From the NCBI GenBank assembly GCA_000146465.1, contig CP001948.1: a stretch of DNA of 64,000 nt; one strand, written 5' to 3'. Position numbers and translations under genes: made by a program. The notes under the pieces were generated by a model that was given only the letters and a program-made list of their open reading frames with translations, searched no databases and was not told where the DNA came from. This document shows, piece by piece, positions 10,310-18,702 of the stretch (the first letter of the stretch is position 1; each line of letters opens with the position of its first letter).

Positions 10310-13252
10310 TCATCTCTCTACCCATTCACCTTTACCAGGTTTGTCCAATACGATAACATCACAAAAGTCTTCAAAGAGGTCCTCTACCCCCAGAGGAGTT
10401 ATCAGGATACCTTGGAACCCACTTTCTTGGAAAAAATCCAGAAGTAGTCTTATGGCTTGTTTTCTATTTAGATCATCCATGAACACATCGAACTCATCAA
10501 GGATCTTAATGGGACATGAAAGTGAAGGCCAAAGGGAGAGAAGCAACGAAACACATGCGAAAGATCTTTCTCCACCTGAAAGCATGCTTCTAGATCCTAC
10601 CGAGGTCTCTCCATCAACCTTCATCTTTACATCCAGTCTTTTCTTATCGTGATTAAATTCCAGAACTCCTTCATATCCCCTAGCTTTCGTTACCCTAGAA
10701 AACTCCTTGGCTGCATTATTGGCAATCTCTTTCCGCATAAAATCTCTTTTGGCTATTCTCGCTGTGATGTTTTCAAGAGTCTTTTCTATTTTTCCATTAT
10801 GTTCAGAAAGAAGGTCTTCTTTTCCCTTTTTGGCTTTCTTTAGATGAGCCACAGTAGCTAATGCCTTTTCTTCATCATCGATTCCTTTGCACATGTCGAT
10901 TTGTGCTTGGATCGAAACTATCTCTCTTCTGACTTCGTCTTCTGTCCTTGATTCTATTTCCTTCTTTCCACTCTTGAGGAGTATGCCTTTTTCTGCATTG
11001 TAAAGATCCACCTGCTTTAAATGTTCTTCTTTTAGCTTAACAACTTCCCCTCGTGACACTCCCATCTTTCTCTCAATGCTTGAGACTTCTGCGCTCTTCC
11101 TGTAAATCTCCTGTCTTAGCTTTTCTGTGTTTTCCACCTTATGCTCTTTGATCTCCTTGTACTCTTTTTCCAAAATTTCAATCTCCTTGTTAATTTCATA
11201 TTGCTTCTTTTCTAACAATGAGATTTGATTCTCAAGGCTTTTCGTTTCTTCATAAAGGTCATCGTTCTGTACAACTTCCATTTGTGCATTATATATCTGT
11301 TTTTCCTGGTTCATCTCAATCTCCAGAGTCTTGCAAGTCCTTTGAAGACCTTCTATCTTCTCTCGGACTTTCTCCATCTCATTGCTTATCTCCTCCAGCT
11401 TCTTCCCCCAGCTTTTCTCAATCCTCCCCTCCACTAGGTTCTTCATCTCTGCCCTACACCTTTCAAGCTTTTCACGTGTGTTCTCAAAATAAAACCTGTC
11501 TACTCCCCTTGTAACAAAATCAGACATACTTCCCCCAACTAGCCTAATCTTGTCTCCGTTCTTTGTATATGCACACTCTACAGATGCAGGTCTTGATCTT
11601 ATTATTTCATAAGCTTCCTTCCGATCCTCAACCAGAATCGTCTGCTCAATAGAGGCTGTTATTATCAGATAATTTATCACAAACGGGCTTCTTACCTCAA
11701 GGATATCAAGCACTGTCTTGTATTTCTCGTTTGCCCGGTATTTTATAACATTTGGTTCCTTGCTTGAGAGTGTCGAAATTGGAAAGTCTACTTTATGCTT
11801 CCTAAAGATTCGGAGCAAAATGTCTTTGTCTCTTTTATCCATTATAATAAAGGTTGACAAGAAGTTATTTAGTACAATGCTAACAGCCTTACTCCACTTC
11901 TGTTCCTTGAGTTTTACCTCAAATCCAATCGGACCGATAATCTTTCCATTGAACCTGGTTTTTGAGATCTCATCTATAACATTAGGGAAGTTGGGCCCAA
12001 AAAAACTATTCTTATCATTCTTGGAGTAAAATTCAATCTGCCTCCTAAGATGGAAAATACGGCCTTGCCTTTCGGAAATCATTTCCTCTTCCTCTCTCGC
12101 CTTCGCTCTGCATTCCTTAGCTCTTTCCTCAAGACTTTCCAGTATCCCATTCTGAGACTCAATTTCAGATGCCGCTTCCTTGTGCTTTTCCTCAAGTTGG
12201 GGAAGTAAGTTTTTCACCGTTCCGTCTTGTTTCTCAAAATCAGAAATAATTCTCTTCTTAAAGTCCCTTGCTTCTTTCAATTCCTCGCAGTCATTTCCTA
12301 TTTCTCTGTGCTTCATTCTTAGTTTACCAATCGTCTCATCAATCTCTTCCCTTCTTTTATCCTTGCTCTTTTTCTTTTCTCCTTCCGAGATTTCAATACT
12401 GACTAGTTTCTCCTGGGCATCCTTAACAACTCGAGTAAGCTCTTCCATTCTTTCACTATCTCTGTCCATCTCCTCTTGTTTGCTTTGGAACTTCTCAAAA
12501 CACTTCTCCATCTGTGCCTTTCTTTCATTTACCTTTGCCCACAATATTTCTTCCTCTAATTCAAGAATGGCTTTTTCCATGGCTTTAACACTCTTGATCC
12601 CCTCAAGCCTTCCTTCCTCATCCTTTATCTGTTTGTCGATGCCTTTCAGTTCCTCATCAACAAGGTTTATTCTTTTTCTCATCGCATCTACACTGCTCAT
12701 CGACTCATCATTCAGCTTGCATATCTCGGCAATCTCCGTCCCTTCCATAAACAGTTCATAAAGTGTCTCTGCGTTCGTCATATTCAAGAACTTCTTGGCT
12801 TGCTCTTGTGAAAGGAAGTTCAGAGGATTCTCAAATCTTAACGAAAAAAATTCCAGAACTAGCTCCAGATCCTCTTTTCTTGTCGACCAGACTTTTCTTT
12901 CCCCATTTACGATACTGCTAGTGGCCGACTTCAATCCAATTCTCTTCTCAATAATGATTGTTCCTCCAAAGAACTCCCTTTTGAATCCCCTATGATTCTC
13001 CAATACAACTCTTACAACAGCATTGGACTCCCCACTCTTGATCATATCTCTGAAACAACTTCCTCGTTCCAGATTGTATGCTCTCTGCCCAAGCACCAAT
13101 CCAATTGCAACCATTATTGCACTCTTTCCCGATCCGTTACATCCTGTCACTATCGTTAGAGGCTTTCTTAGATTAATGAGAAGATGGTCATGGCACATGA
13201 ATTTTATGAGTTCGATAGAGGCTATTGTTTTCTTAAACTTCTCGCAACTCAT
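10310..13252 (-). CDS. SMC6 (Smc5/6 complex ATPase)
   Basis: N-terminal Walker A 'GCNGSGKS'. The C-terminal signature and D-loop 'LSGGERSFACVSLLLSLW…ILDEFDVFMD' matches the SMC6-type 'LDEFDVYMD'. Long coiled coils lie between them. Confidence 0.75.
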   Translation of the reverse strand: MSCEKFKKTIASIELIKFMCHDHLLINLRKPLTIVTGCNGSGKSAIMVAIGLVLGQRAYNLERGSCFRDMIKSGESNAVVRVVLENHRGFKREFFGGTIIIEKRIGLKSATSSIVNGERKVWSTRKEDLELVLEFFSLRFENPLNFLSQEQAKKFLNMTNAETLYELFMEGTEIAEICKLNDESMSSVDAMRKRINLVDEELKGIDKQIKDEEGRLEGIKSVKAMEKAILELEEEILWAKVNERKAQMEKCFEKFQSKQEEMDRDSERMEELTRVVKDAQEKLVSIEISEGEKKKSKDKRREEIDETIGKLRMKHREIGNDCEELKEARDFKKRIISDFEKQDGTVKNLLPQLEEKHKEAASEIESQNGILESLEERAKECRAKAREEEEMISERQGRIFHLRRQIEFYSKNDKNSFFGPNFPNVIDEISKTRFNGKIIGPIGFEVKLKEQKWSKAVSIVLNNFLSTFIIMDKRDKDILLRIFRKHKVDFPISTLSSKEPNVIKYRANEKYKTVLDILEVRSPFVINYLIITASIEQTILVEDRKEAYEIIRSRPASVECAYTKNGDKIRLVGGSMSDFVTRGVDRFYFENTREKLERCRAEMKNLVEGRIEKSWGKKLEEISNEMEKVREKIEGLQRTCKTLEIEMNQEKQIYNAQMEVVQNDDLYEETKSLENQISLLEKKQYEINKEIEILEKEYKEIKEHKVENTEKLRQEIYRKSAEVSSIERKMGVSRGEVVKLKEEHLKQVDLYNAEKGILLKSGKKEIESRTEDEVRREIVSIQAQIDMCKGIDDEEKALATVAHLKKAKKGKEDLLSEHNGKIEKTLENITARIAKRDFMRKEIANNAAKEFSRVTKARGYEGVLEFNHDKKRLDVKMKVDGETSVGSRSMLSGGERSFACVSLLLSLWPSLSCPIKILDEFDVFMDDLNRKQAIRLLLDFFQESGFQGILITPLGVEDLFEDFCDVIVLDKPGKGEWVER

Positions 13253-13403
13253 TCCTAAGGCCTTTTCTTTTCCAGCCTAAATCCAGCCTCGAAAGTTCCA
13301 AATAACATTGAAAAAGATAAAGTATCCGAAGAATGATGGATGGACTTTACTTATATTAGGAGTAGGGTGTTGATGATTAAACAGGAATTTAATAGCATCA
13401 TAT

Positions 13404-14045
13404 TTAAGCCAGGGACGAGTACTTTCCAAAAGATGGTCTCATGTAGGATCCCCCACTAGGGAAGAACCCAGCTTTCTCAGATGACTTGGATGCATTGTCT
13501 TTCTCCATTCCATTCTCTCCCTCAGCCTGTTCTTGGCCTCCTTCTAATCCAGAGTCTTCTCCTCCCTTGGCCTCTTCGCTTGCCTTTTCATCCTCAGGAG
13601 TGGTTGGCTTCTCCTTACCCTTTGCGCCCTCTTTGCTTTCAGGTGTCTTAGCATTAGCATTACCTGCTTTCTTTGTCATATTATTGTATCCCTCCATGTA
13701 GGAGAAGTCGGGCTTTGGAATGAATTTGTTGGAAGCCCCAAACCTTTCCGATGCAAATGCCACCCTATCAAGGCTCTCAAGGACTGGCCCTGGGACAAAC
13801 TTGACCTCATAGGGGTTGACATAGGTTGTTGTTTCACGTACAATGGCCAAACCGTTCTCAAGTACCATCTTTCTAGTCATCTCTGGAGTAAAAGTATCTT
13901 TCATGGTCGTCCTGGTAACTAGATATTCATTCTGATAGTTACTGTCACTATCCCCAGCGAACTCTTCCTTTCCAGAAGTGGTCTTTTCCGAGGCAGCAAC
14001 CTTGTACAGGTAACAGGCGGCCAGCTTGAATGTGGTAAACTTCAT
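13404..14045 (-). CDS. Secreted, low-complexity K/E/G-rich protein, lineage-specific
   Basis: A predicted signal peptide 'MKFTTFKLAACYLYKVAAS' is followed by a globular part and a charged tail (…KEGAKGKEKPTTPEDEKASEEAKGGEDSG…). The track start is TTG and was moved to ATG. I recognise no homolog. Confidence 0.35.
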   Translation of the reverse strand: MKFTTFKLAACYLYKVAASEKTTSGKEEFAGDSDSNYQNEYLVTRTTMKDTFTPEMTRKMVLENGLAIVRETTTYVNPYEVKFVPGPVLESLDRVAFASERFGASNKFIPKPDFSYMEGYNNMTKKAGNANAKTPESKEGAKGKEKPTTPEDEKASEEAKGGEDSGLEGGQEQAEGENGMEKDNASKSSEKAGFFPSGGSYMRPSFGKYSSLA

Positions 14046-14290
14046 AGTCTTGAGATTATGAAAATCGTGGTTTAAATAGTTTTTCTTGCTCTTACAATGT
14101 TTTGGATCTACCAATAGTCCACGGGCCTATGCCTGAAACACTTCTCAGATTGATCCACCTATTCTTCTTGCAGTGTCTGTTATGGAGTCTTAATGGATAC
14201 AGATCACATAGACCAAGCTTTTCTTCTGGCCCTGTTAAGCAGACCGGGCTTATATCATGGATTTTATACTTGGAAATTAAGGCCCTTGAA

Positions 14291-15178
14291 ATGGTAGTAC
14301 AGGAGAGGAAAGACAACCTTCCTCCAAAGGGACTAAGAAATAGAGGGAACACTTGTTTCTTCAACTCGGCAATGCAATGCATTCTATCGATCGGCGAGCT
14401 CAACACCTTCTACAAGAACACGGATTTCCCAAAAGAAAAAGTAATATCTAATGCATTTAAACAATTCATATCGGAGTATGAAAGTCGGGGACACAACGAC
14501 CCAAAGAGTCTTATCGATAAGCTTAGTACAAAGATAAAGCTGTTCAACGGGATGCAGCAGGATTCCCATGAGTTTCTTATTCAATTCATTGATCTGTTGT
14601 ATACGGAATCGGATAGAAACAAAGGTAGATTTGAATCAAGAGAAGAGTTTGAGGAGGTTCGGAAACACAATCTGATTGCAAAGACTTTGTTTTCGATGGA
14701 TAGACAGGTATTAACATGCGAAGCATGCAGTTATTCCTCTGTGACACTTGCTATAAACAGCACGATTCTTGTAGAGCCCCGTGAGACTATCCAACTAGGA
14801 ATAGACCAGTGTTACGAAGAGGTGAAGCTTGAGGGAAAGGATGCCTGGAAATGCGACAAGTGTGGAAAAAAGAAGAGCTCTAAAAAGAAGATAGAGATTC
14901 TTGTTCATCCCGAAGTTCTAATAATTCATATCTCAAGATTCCATCCACAAGGGTGGAAGAATACAGCAAGTGTCAATATTGATGACACATTGTTTTTCAA
15001 CAATAGAAAATACAGTCTTTTTGGGGTTGTTTGCCAGAATGGAACTCTGAGCGGAGGACATTATTTTGCAGAGGCCAAAAGATCTGGTACATGGAATGTG
15101 TACAATGACGAGCAGGTGACAAAAGGCTCCAAGACCTACAGTGGAGCACATCCTTACATAGTTTTCTATGCTCTTTAA
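14291..15178 (+). CDS. Ubiquitin carboxyl-terminal hydrolase (USP, peptidase C19), minimal
   Basis: Cys box 'GLRNRGNTCFFNSAMQCI' and His box 'GGHYFAEAKR…WNVYNDEQV'. The start was set to ATG 'MVVQERK'; the TTG start at 14102 is unlikely. Confidence 0.7.
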   Translation: MVVQERKDNLPPKGLRNRGNTCFFNSAMQCILSIGELNTFYKNTDFPKEKVISNAFKQFISEYESRGHNDPKSLIDKLSTKIKLFNGMQQDSHEFLIQFIDLLYTESDRNKGRFESREEFEEVRKHNLIAKTLFSMDRQVLTCEACSYSSVTLAINSTILVEPRETIQLGIDQCYEEVKLEGKDAWKCDKCGKKKSSKKKIEILVHPEVLIIHISRFHPQGWKNTASVNIDDTLFFNNRKYSLFGVVCQNGTLSGGHYFAEAKRSGTWNVYNDEQVTKGSKTYSGAHPYIVFYAL

Positions 15179-15335
15179 CAATGGCGACAAATACCTTACT
15201 ATCCTCTCCCGCTTGGAAGTTGCTCATTTGATTTGTCTTTCCTTGTCTTCAAAGACCTGGAGTGATTTGCCAAGAGATGGTAGTCTTATTGGTGTTCTGG
15301 GGGTACAAAAGCAATGATTCCGGATTCCAAAGCCG

Positions 15336-16142
15336 ATGGTATTTTGTATGGAAAACTTCTGGAGCATAGTTCCATGCAGGAGTAAAAGAGAGGAGAAGGT
15401 TATTAAAAGTACCTATCTAAAGAGCTATGAGGCAACTCAAAGTGAATGTGAATCGGATTTTTTTTCCGATAGCGGTGGACTTGACGAAGCACGTGGGAAG
15501 GACAACTCCCGACGGATGAAAAGAAATGAAAGAAATATTTCTAAAAAAATCCGGAAAACAAGTTCTAGCATGGTTTCAGAGCCAAGAATCGATGAAAAGA
15601 AGAAACAAAAGCCAAGGACCAATAGTACTGTGAGTAGCGAGGAACTTTGGAGTGGTGAGGATGAAGAAATAGTTGATCAAACAGAGTCTTTCAGCGGATT
15701 CAAAGAAAGGAAAAGAGATAGGAATAGAAGAGGGAAGTCGGAAGGTAATAGAGAAGTCTCTTCAGAGGATTCACACTTTGAAGACATCCAGGGCCCGAGG
15801 AGATCTTCTAGGACAATAGATGCATCTGCCAAGAAGACCGAGATACTTGAGAAGTATAGAAGTAGGATATATCGTGACAACAAAAAATCCCGCGATCCCG
15901 AGGATATTTCAAGGGAATCTGGAATCGAATCAAACGATTATGGAAAAGAGGAAAGGTTTTCTAAGTCGCAAGGGCTTAATAGATTTGGAGACTCCAAAGT
16001 AAATGAAAGAGATGCCCGCAACTTTGATGATAGCGAAAGCGAAATCAACTTTATAATGGACGTATACGACAAATCATCACTGAATAATAGCTTGAGAGAA
16101 AAGATGTTTGAATACCTTAACCAAATAGGGAGGAAAGGATAA
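15336..16142 (+). CDS. Hypothetical charged, S/K/E/R-rich protein, possibly nuclear or nucleolar
   Basis: The ORF is long and of biased composition, with no recognisable domain. Confidence 0.25.
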   Translation: MVFCMENFWSIVPCRSKREEKVIKSTYLKSYEATQSECESDFFSDSGGLDEARGKDNSRRMKRNERNISKKIRKTSSSMVSEPRIDEKKKQKPRTNSTVSSEELWSGEDEEIVDQTESFSGFKERKRDRNRRGKSEGNREVSSEDSHFEDIQGPRRSSRTIDASAKKTEILEKYRSRIYRDNKKSRDPEDISRESGIESNDYGKEERFSKSQGLNRFGDSKVNERDARNFDDSESEINFIMDVYDKSSLNNSLREKMFEYLNQIGRKG

Positions 16143-16186
16143 GATATATTACATCCATTAAACCTAGTCTCTAAAATCTGCTTCTT

Positions 16187-17128
16187 TTAATTCTGTTCCA
16201 TCTGAACAGGATGGACAAGCCTTTCCTGATTTCCAACAAATATATTTCTTATTTTATCGCTCTGCTTCTCGCCTAAAGGTCTGGAATTCTTTCCATCGGA
16301 GTCCCAGACTTTAAATTCCTTTAGCAATCCGCTGTTGTCCCCTTTAAGAAATGAATGGAGATTACTAATGCTTTGGAAGTGAAGAGATAGGCTACGGGCT
16401 GCATTTATTCCTATTCCCGGAATGTTCTGTAAAACATTTTGGAGATGCTCAATCTTTTGATTTGAAGAAAATGTCTTTGTTTTTGGTACGTGGACGCTCT
16501 CTGAATACAGATGCCTTACTATGGCTTTCAGTTCTCGAGGAAGATCCTCAGGATCATCGATAAAGACAAAGTTTCTACCGTTCTTGATTTGTGTGAGATA
16601 GATTTCCTCCATCTTTTTTTCATATTCATTTTTCTTCCTGACGTATTTTTTTCCTTCTTCCAATGCTTTTCTATATTCCTTGTCTTCTCTCGCTTTTACA
16701 GAACTCCGATATTTGTTTCTGTTCACTACAAAAGAGATGTTGCGGCCACAAGCCTCAATTCCATCCTTTTCCAAATCGATAACTCCTAGAGAATATACTG
16801 TCTTATGGTTATTACATTCAACTATCTCTAAGGACTGGTCCGCGGAAAACTTGTAAACAAATTTCCGGTCCTTTATCTTGTTTACAAACCTCTCTAAGGT
16901 TTGAGGAAAGACAAAGTAATGGTTTGCAAAGGCCGAGTCAAGATTCTTCGGAAATGAATTCTGCTGTGTTTCTGAGGATGCCTTTAGCTGAGGAGCATTA
17001 GATATGGAGAGTGGAATGTCGAGAATGGTAATCGAACTGTCGGTATCGGGGACGTTTCCTGAAGATCTTTCATTCCCTACACTGCTCCTTTCCAAATATT
17101 CCATGAGATTTACATGCTGGCTGTTCAT
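16187..17128 (-). CDS. ERCC4-(HhH)2 family protein, probably a non-catalytic partner subunit (ERCC1/Rad10- or EME1/Mms4-like)
   Basis: C-terminal tandem helix-hairpin-helix 'LQNIPGIGINAARSLSLHF…' and '…RPLGEKQSDKIRNIF'. The ERCC4-like core upstream has 'GR' but no catalytic ERK ('DLEKDG'). Confidence 0.4.
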   Translation of the reverse strand: MNSQHVNLMEYLERSSVGNERSSGNVPDTDSSITILDIPLSISNAPQLKASSETQQNSFPKNLDSAFANHYFVFPQTLERFVNKIKDRKFVYKFSADQSLEIVECNNHKTVYSLGVIDLEKDGIEACGRNISFVVNRNKYRSSVKAREDKEYRKALEEGKKYVRKKNEYEKKMEEIYLTQIKNGRNFVFIDDPEDLPRELKAIVRHLYSESVHVPKTKTFSSNQKIEHLQNVLQNIPGIGINAARSLSLHFQSISNLHSFLKGDNSGLLKEFKVWDSDGKNSRPLGEKQSDKIRNIFVGNQERLVHPVQMEQN

Positions 17129-17159
17129 CAAAAGCCCCCAAAAACTTCTCAATTTATCT

Positions 17160-18653
17160 CTACCCTCTCTTTGGATTCTCAGGAAGAAGCTTAATATACC
17201 CTCTTCTATTAGTATTAAGGTGAAGCTCCTTGGATCTCGAAGGATTTAGATAAAACATCCGAATGGCCTGTCCAACTTTGATGTCTGGGGAAGGATTCCA
17301 CCATGTCACTGTGCATTCTCCGCTACTATCTCTGACCAGTAGCTTGGTATACATAGTGATCCTTACATCATGCGACGAAAAGACTCTTTCTGCTTTCCTT
17401 GCGAGATCTTCTATTCTATCCAGTTCGGGTTCGAGATCATCAGTTGTATTGCTATAATTCTCCACTTTTACAAAATACTTTGTTTCGATGATCTTTATAA
17501 CAACCCCTTCAATGCAGCAGACAGGGCCTCCATTGCTAAGGATTTCCGATATCTTAAGTCTGAACCCTATTCTTTTTCTATATCCAAGTCTTCTCTTGGA
17601 ATGGACTACTCGGACTCCATTGTAATGCAGCTTAAGACGGACATTCTCACAATCAAAAATGGATATTGGCGTGCTTCCCTCAAGATCTGCCCCAAAGACC
17701 TTAAGTCTAAATCCAACTCGGATCTCCTTCTTTTCTATCTTTTTTTGGAGAGCCTCGTCATATGATGCATAGAGACTGTGATATCCATCAAATACCTCAA
17801 TCTTTTCTCCATCTATTCCAACAACCAAGAGGATCATATATCTCCAAGGGACATCGTCCCCCTCCAGAATTCTCCGAAGTACAGAATACTCATTCTCTAG
17901 TCTTATCCTAACCTGCTCTTCTATTCTATCTACAAAATCATTAAACTCCAGCCGTCTCCTCCCAAGGAAAAAATAAATCCACGCCCATGTAAACTGAGCA
18001 AAAACTCGGTTCGTATCTTCTGCAGGAAACCTCTTTTTCATCTCCCTATAAACCCTCTCAGGATCTATTTCTACTTCTTCCCTCTCCACTCTTCGAGATA
18101 AATTGTCCTGCGCTTCTCCATTTGTATCTACTTTTTCCATTCCATCTTCGAATATTTTATATGCTGAGCGAATACTCTCCCTTCGCACCTGGATCTTCTT
18201 TTTAGATCCTGTTGTAAACCCTGAAAACATCATATCTTCATTGGTGTTCCCTCCTTCGCCAAGATCTATATCCAAGATATGATCAGAATCCAAAGATAAG
18301 CGCTTTTGAGGAAAAGTATTGGGATTGTTTTCATCAGTGCTTGTTACACCGATGCTGTTTGTAGAATTAGCATTCATGGCTTTGCATCCATCTTCAGGAC
18401 TCTCAGGAATCCGAGATGAGTCCGAGTTGAAGTCGTAGAATGTTTGATTTTCCTGTTCTAAGGACTCGGATACATCGGGTTCCTCCCCTGCAGTGTTATC
18501 TTTACGGCAAGCATTGTCTGAGCTAAAAAAAATCATATCATCACAACTTACTTGGATTGAATCAAGGACGCTGAAAGAGTCTTCTGTCTCTTCTTCGCTG
18601 TTGCTACTGCTTTGGAAGAAACTTTCAAATTCAACCTCCGAGCCTGCATCCAT
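17160..18653 (-). CDS. BRCA2-like recombination mediator with a single BRC repeat
   Basis: 'FSGFTTGSKKKIQVRRESIRSAYKIFED' matches the BRC consensus 'FxTASGKxIxVSxESLxKAxxLFxE'. The acidic N-terminus and a C-terminal β-rich region are consistent with an OB-fold DNA-binding domain. Confidence 0.45.
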   Translation of the reverse strand: MDAGSEVEFESFFQSSSNSEEETEDSFSVLDSIQVSCDDMIFFSSDNACRKDNTAGEEPDVSESLEQENQTFYDFNSDSSRIPESPEDGCKAMNANSTNSIGVTSTDENNPNTFPQKRLSLDSDHILDIDLGEGGNTNEDMMFSGFTTGSKKKIQVRRESIRSAYKIFEDGMEKVDTNGEAQDNLSRRVEREEVEIDPERVYREMKKRFPAEDTNRVFAQFTWAWIYFFLGRRRLEFNDFVDRIEEQVRIRLENEYSVLRRILEGDDVPWRYMILLVVGIDGEKIEVFDGYHSLYASYDEALQKKIEKKEIRVGFRLKVFGADLEGSTPISIFDCENVRLKLHYNGVRVVHSKRRLGYRKRIGFRLKISEILSNGGPVCCIEGVVIKIIETKYFVKVENYSNTTDDLEPELDRIEDLARKAERVFSSHDVRITMYTKLLVRDSSGECTVTWWNPSPDIKVGQAIRMFYLNPSRSKELHLNTNRRGYIKLLPENPKRG

Positions 18654-18702
18654 GGGCAGAATGCAGGAGGGATGCTGTCGGAATAAAATACAAAATAACA
18701 AT

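Noticed and set aside
14040-14104. Apparent single-nucleotide disagreements between my base-by-base reading and the supplied ORF-track translations at 14040-14104, 44990-45061 and 45821-46176. These could be taken for frameshifts or pseudogenes.
   Set aside because: The track peptides are continuous and sensible. The discrepancies are paired ±1 shifts within one display line, which is most likely my transcription error. I make no pseudogene call.
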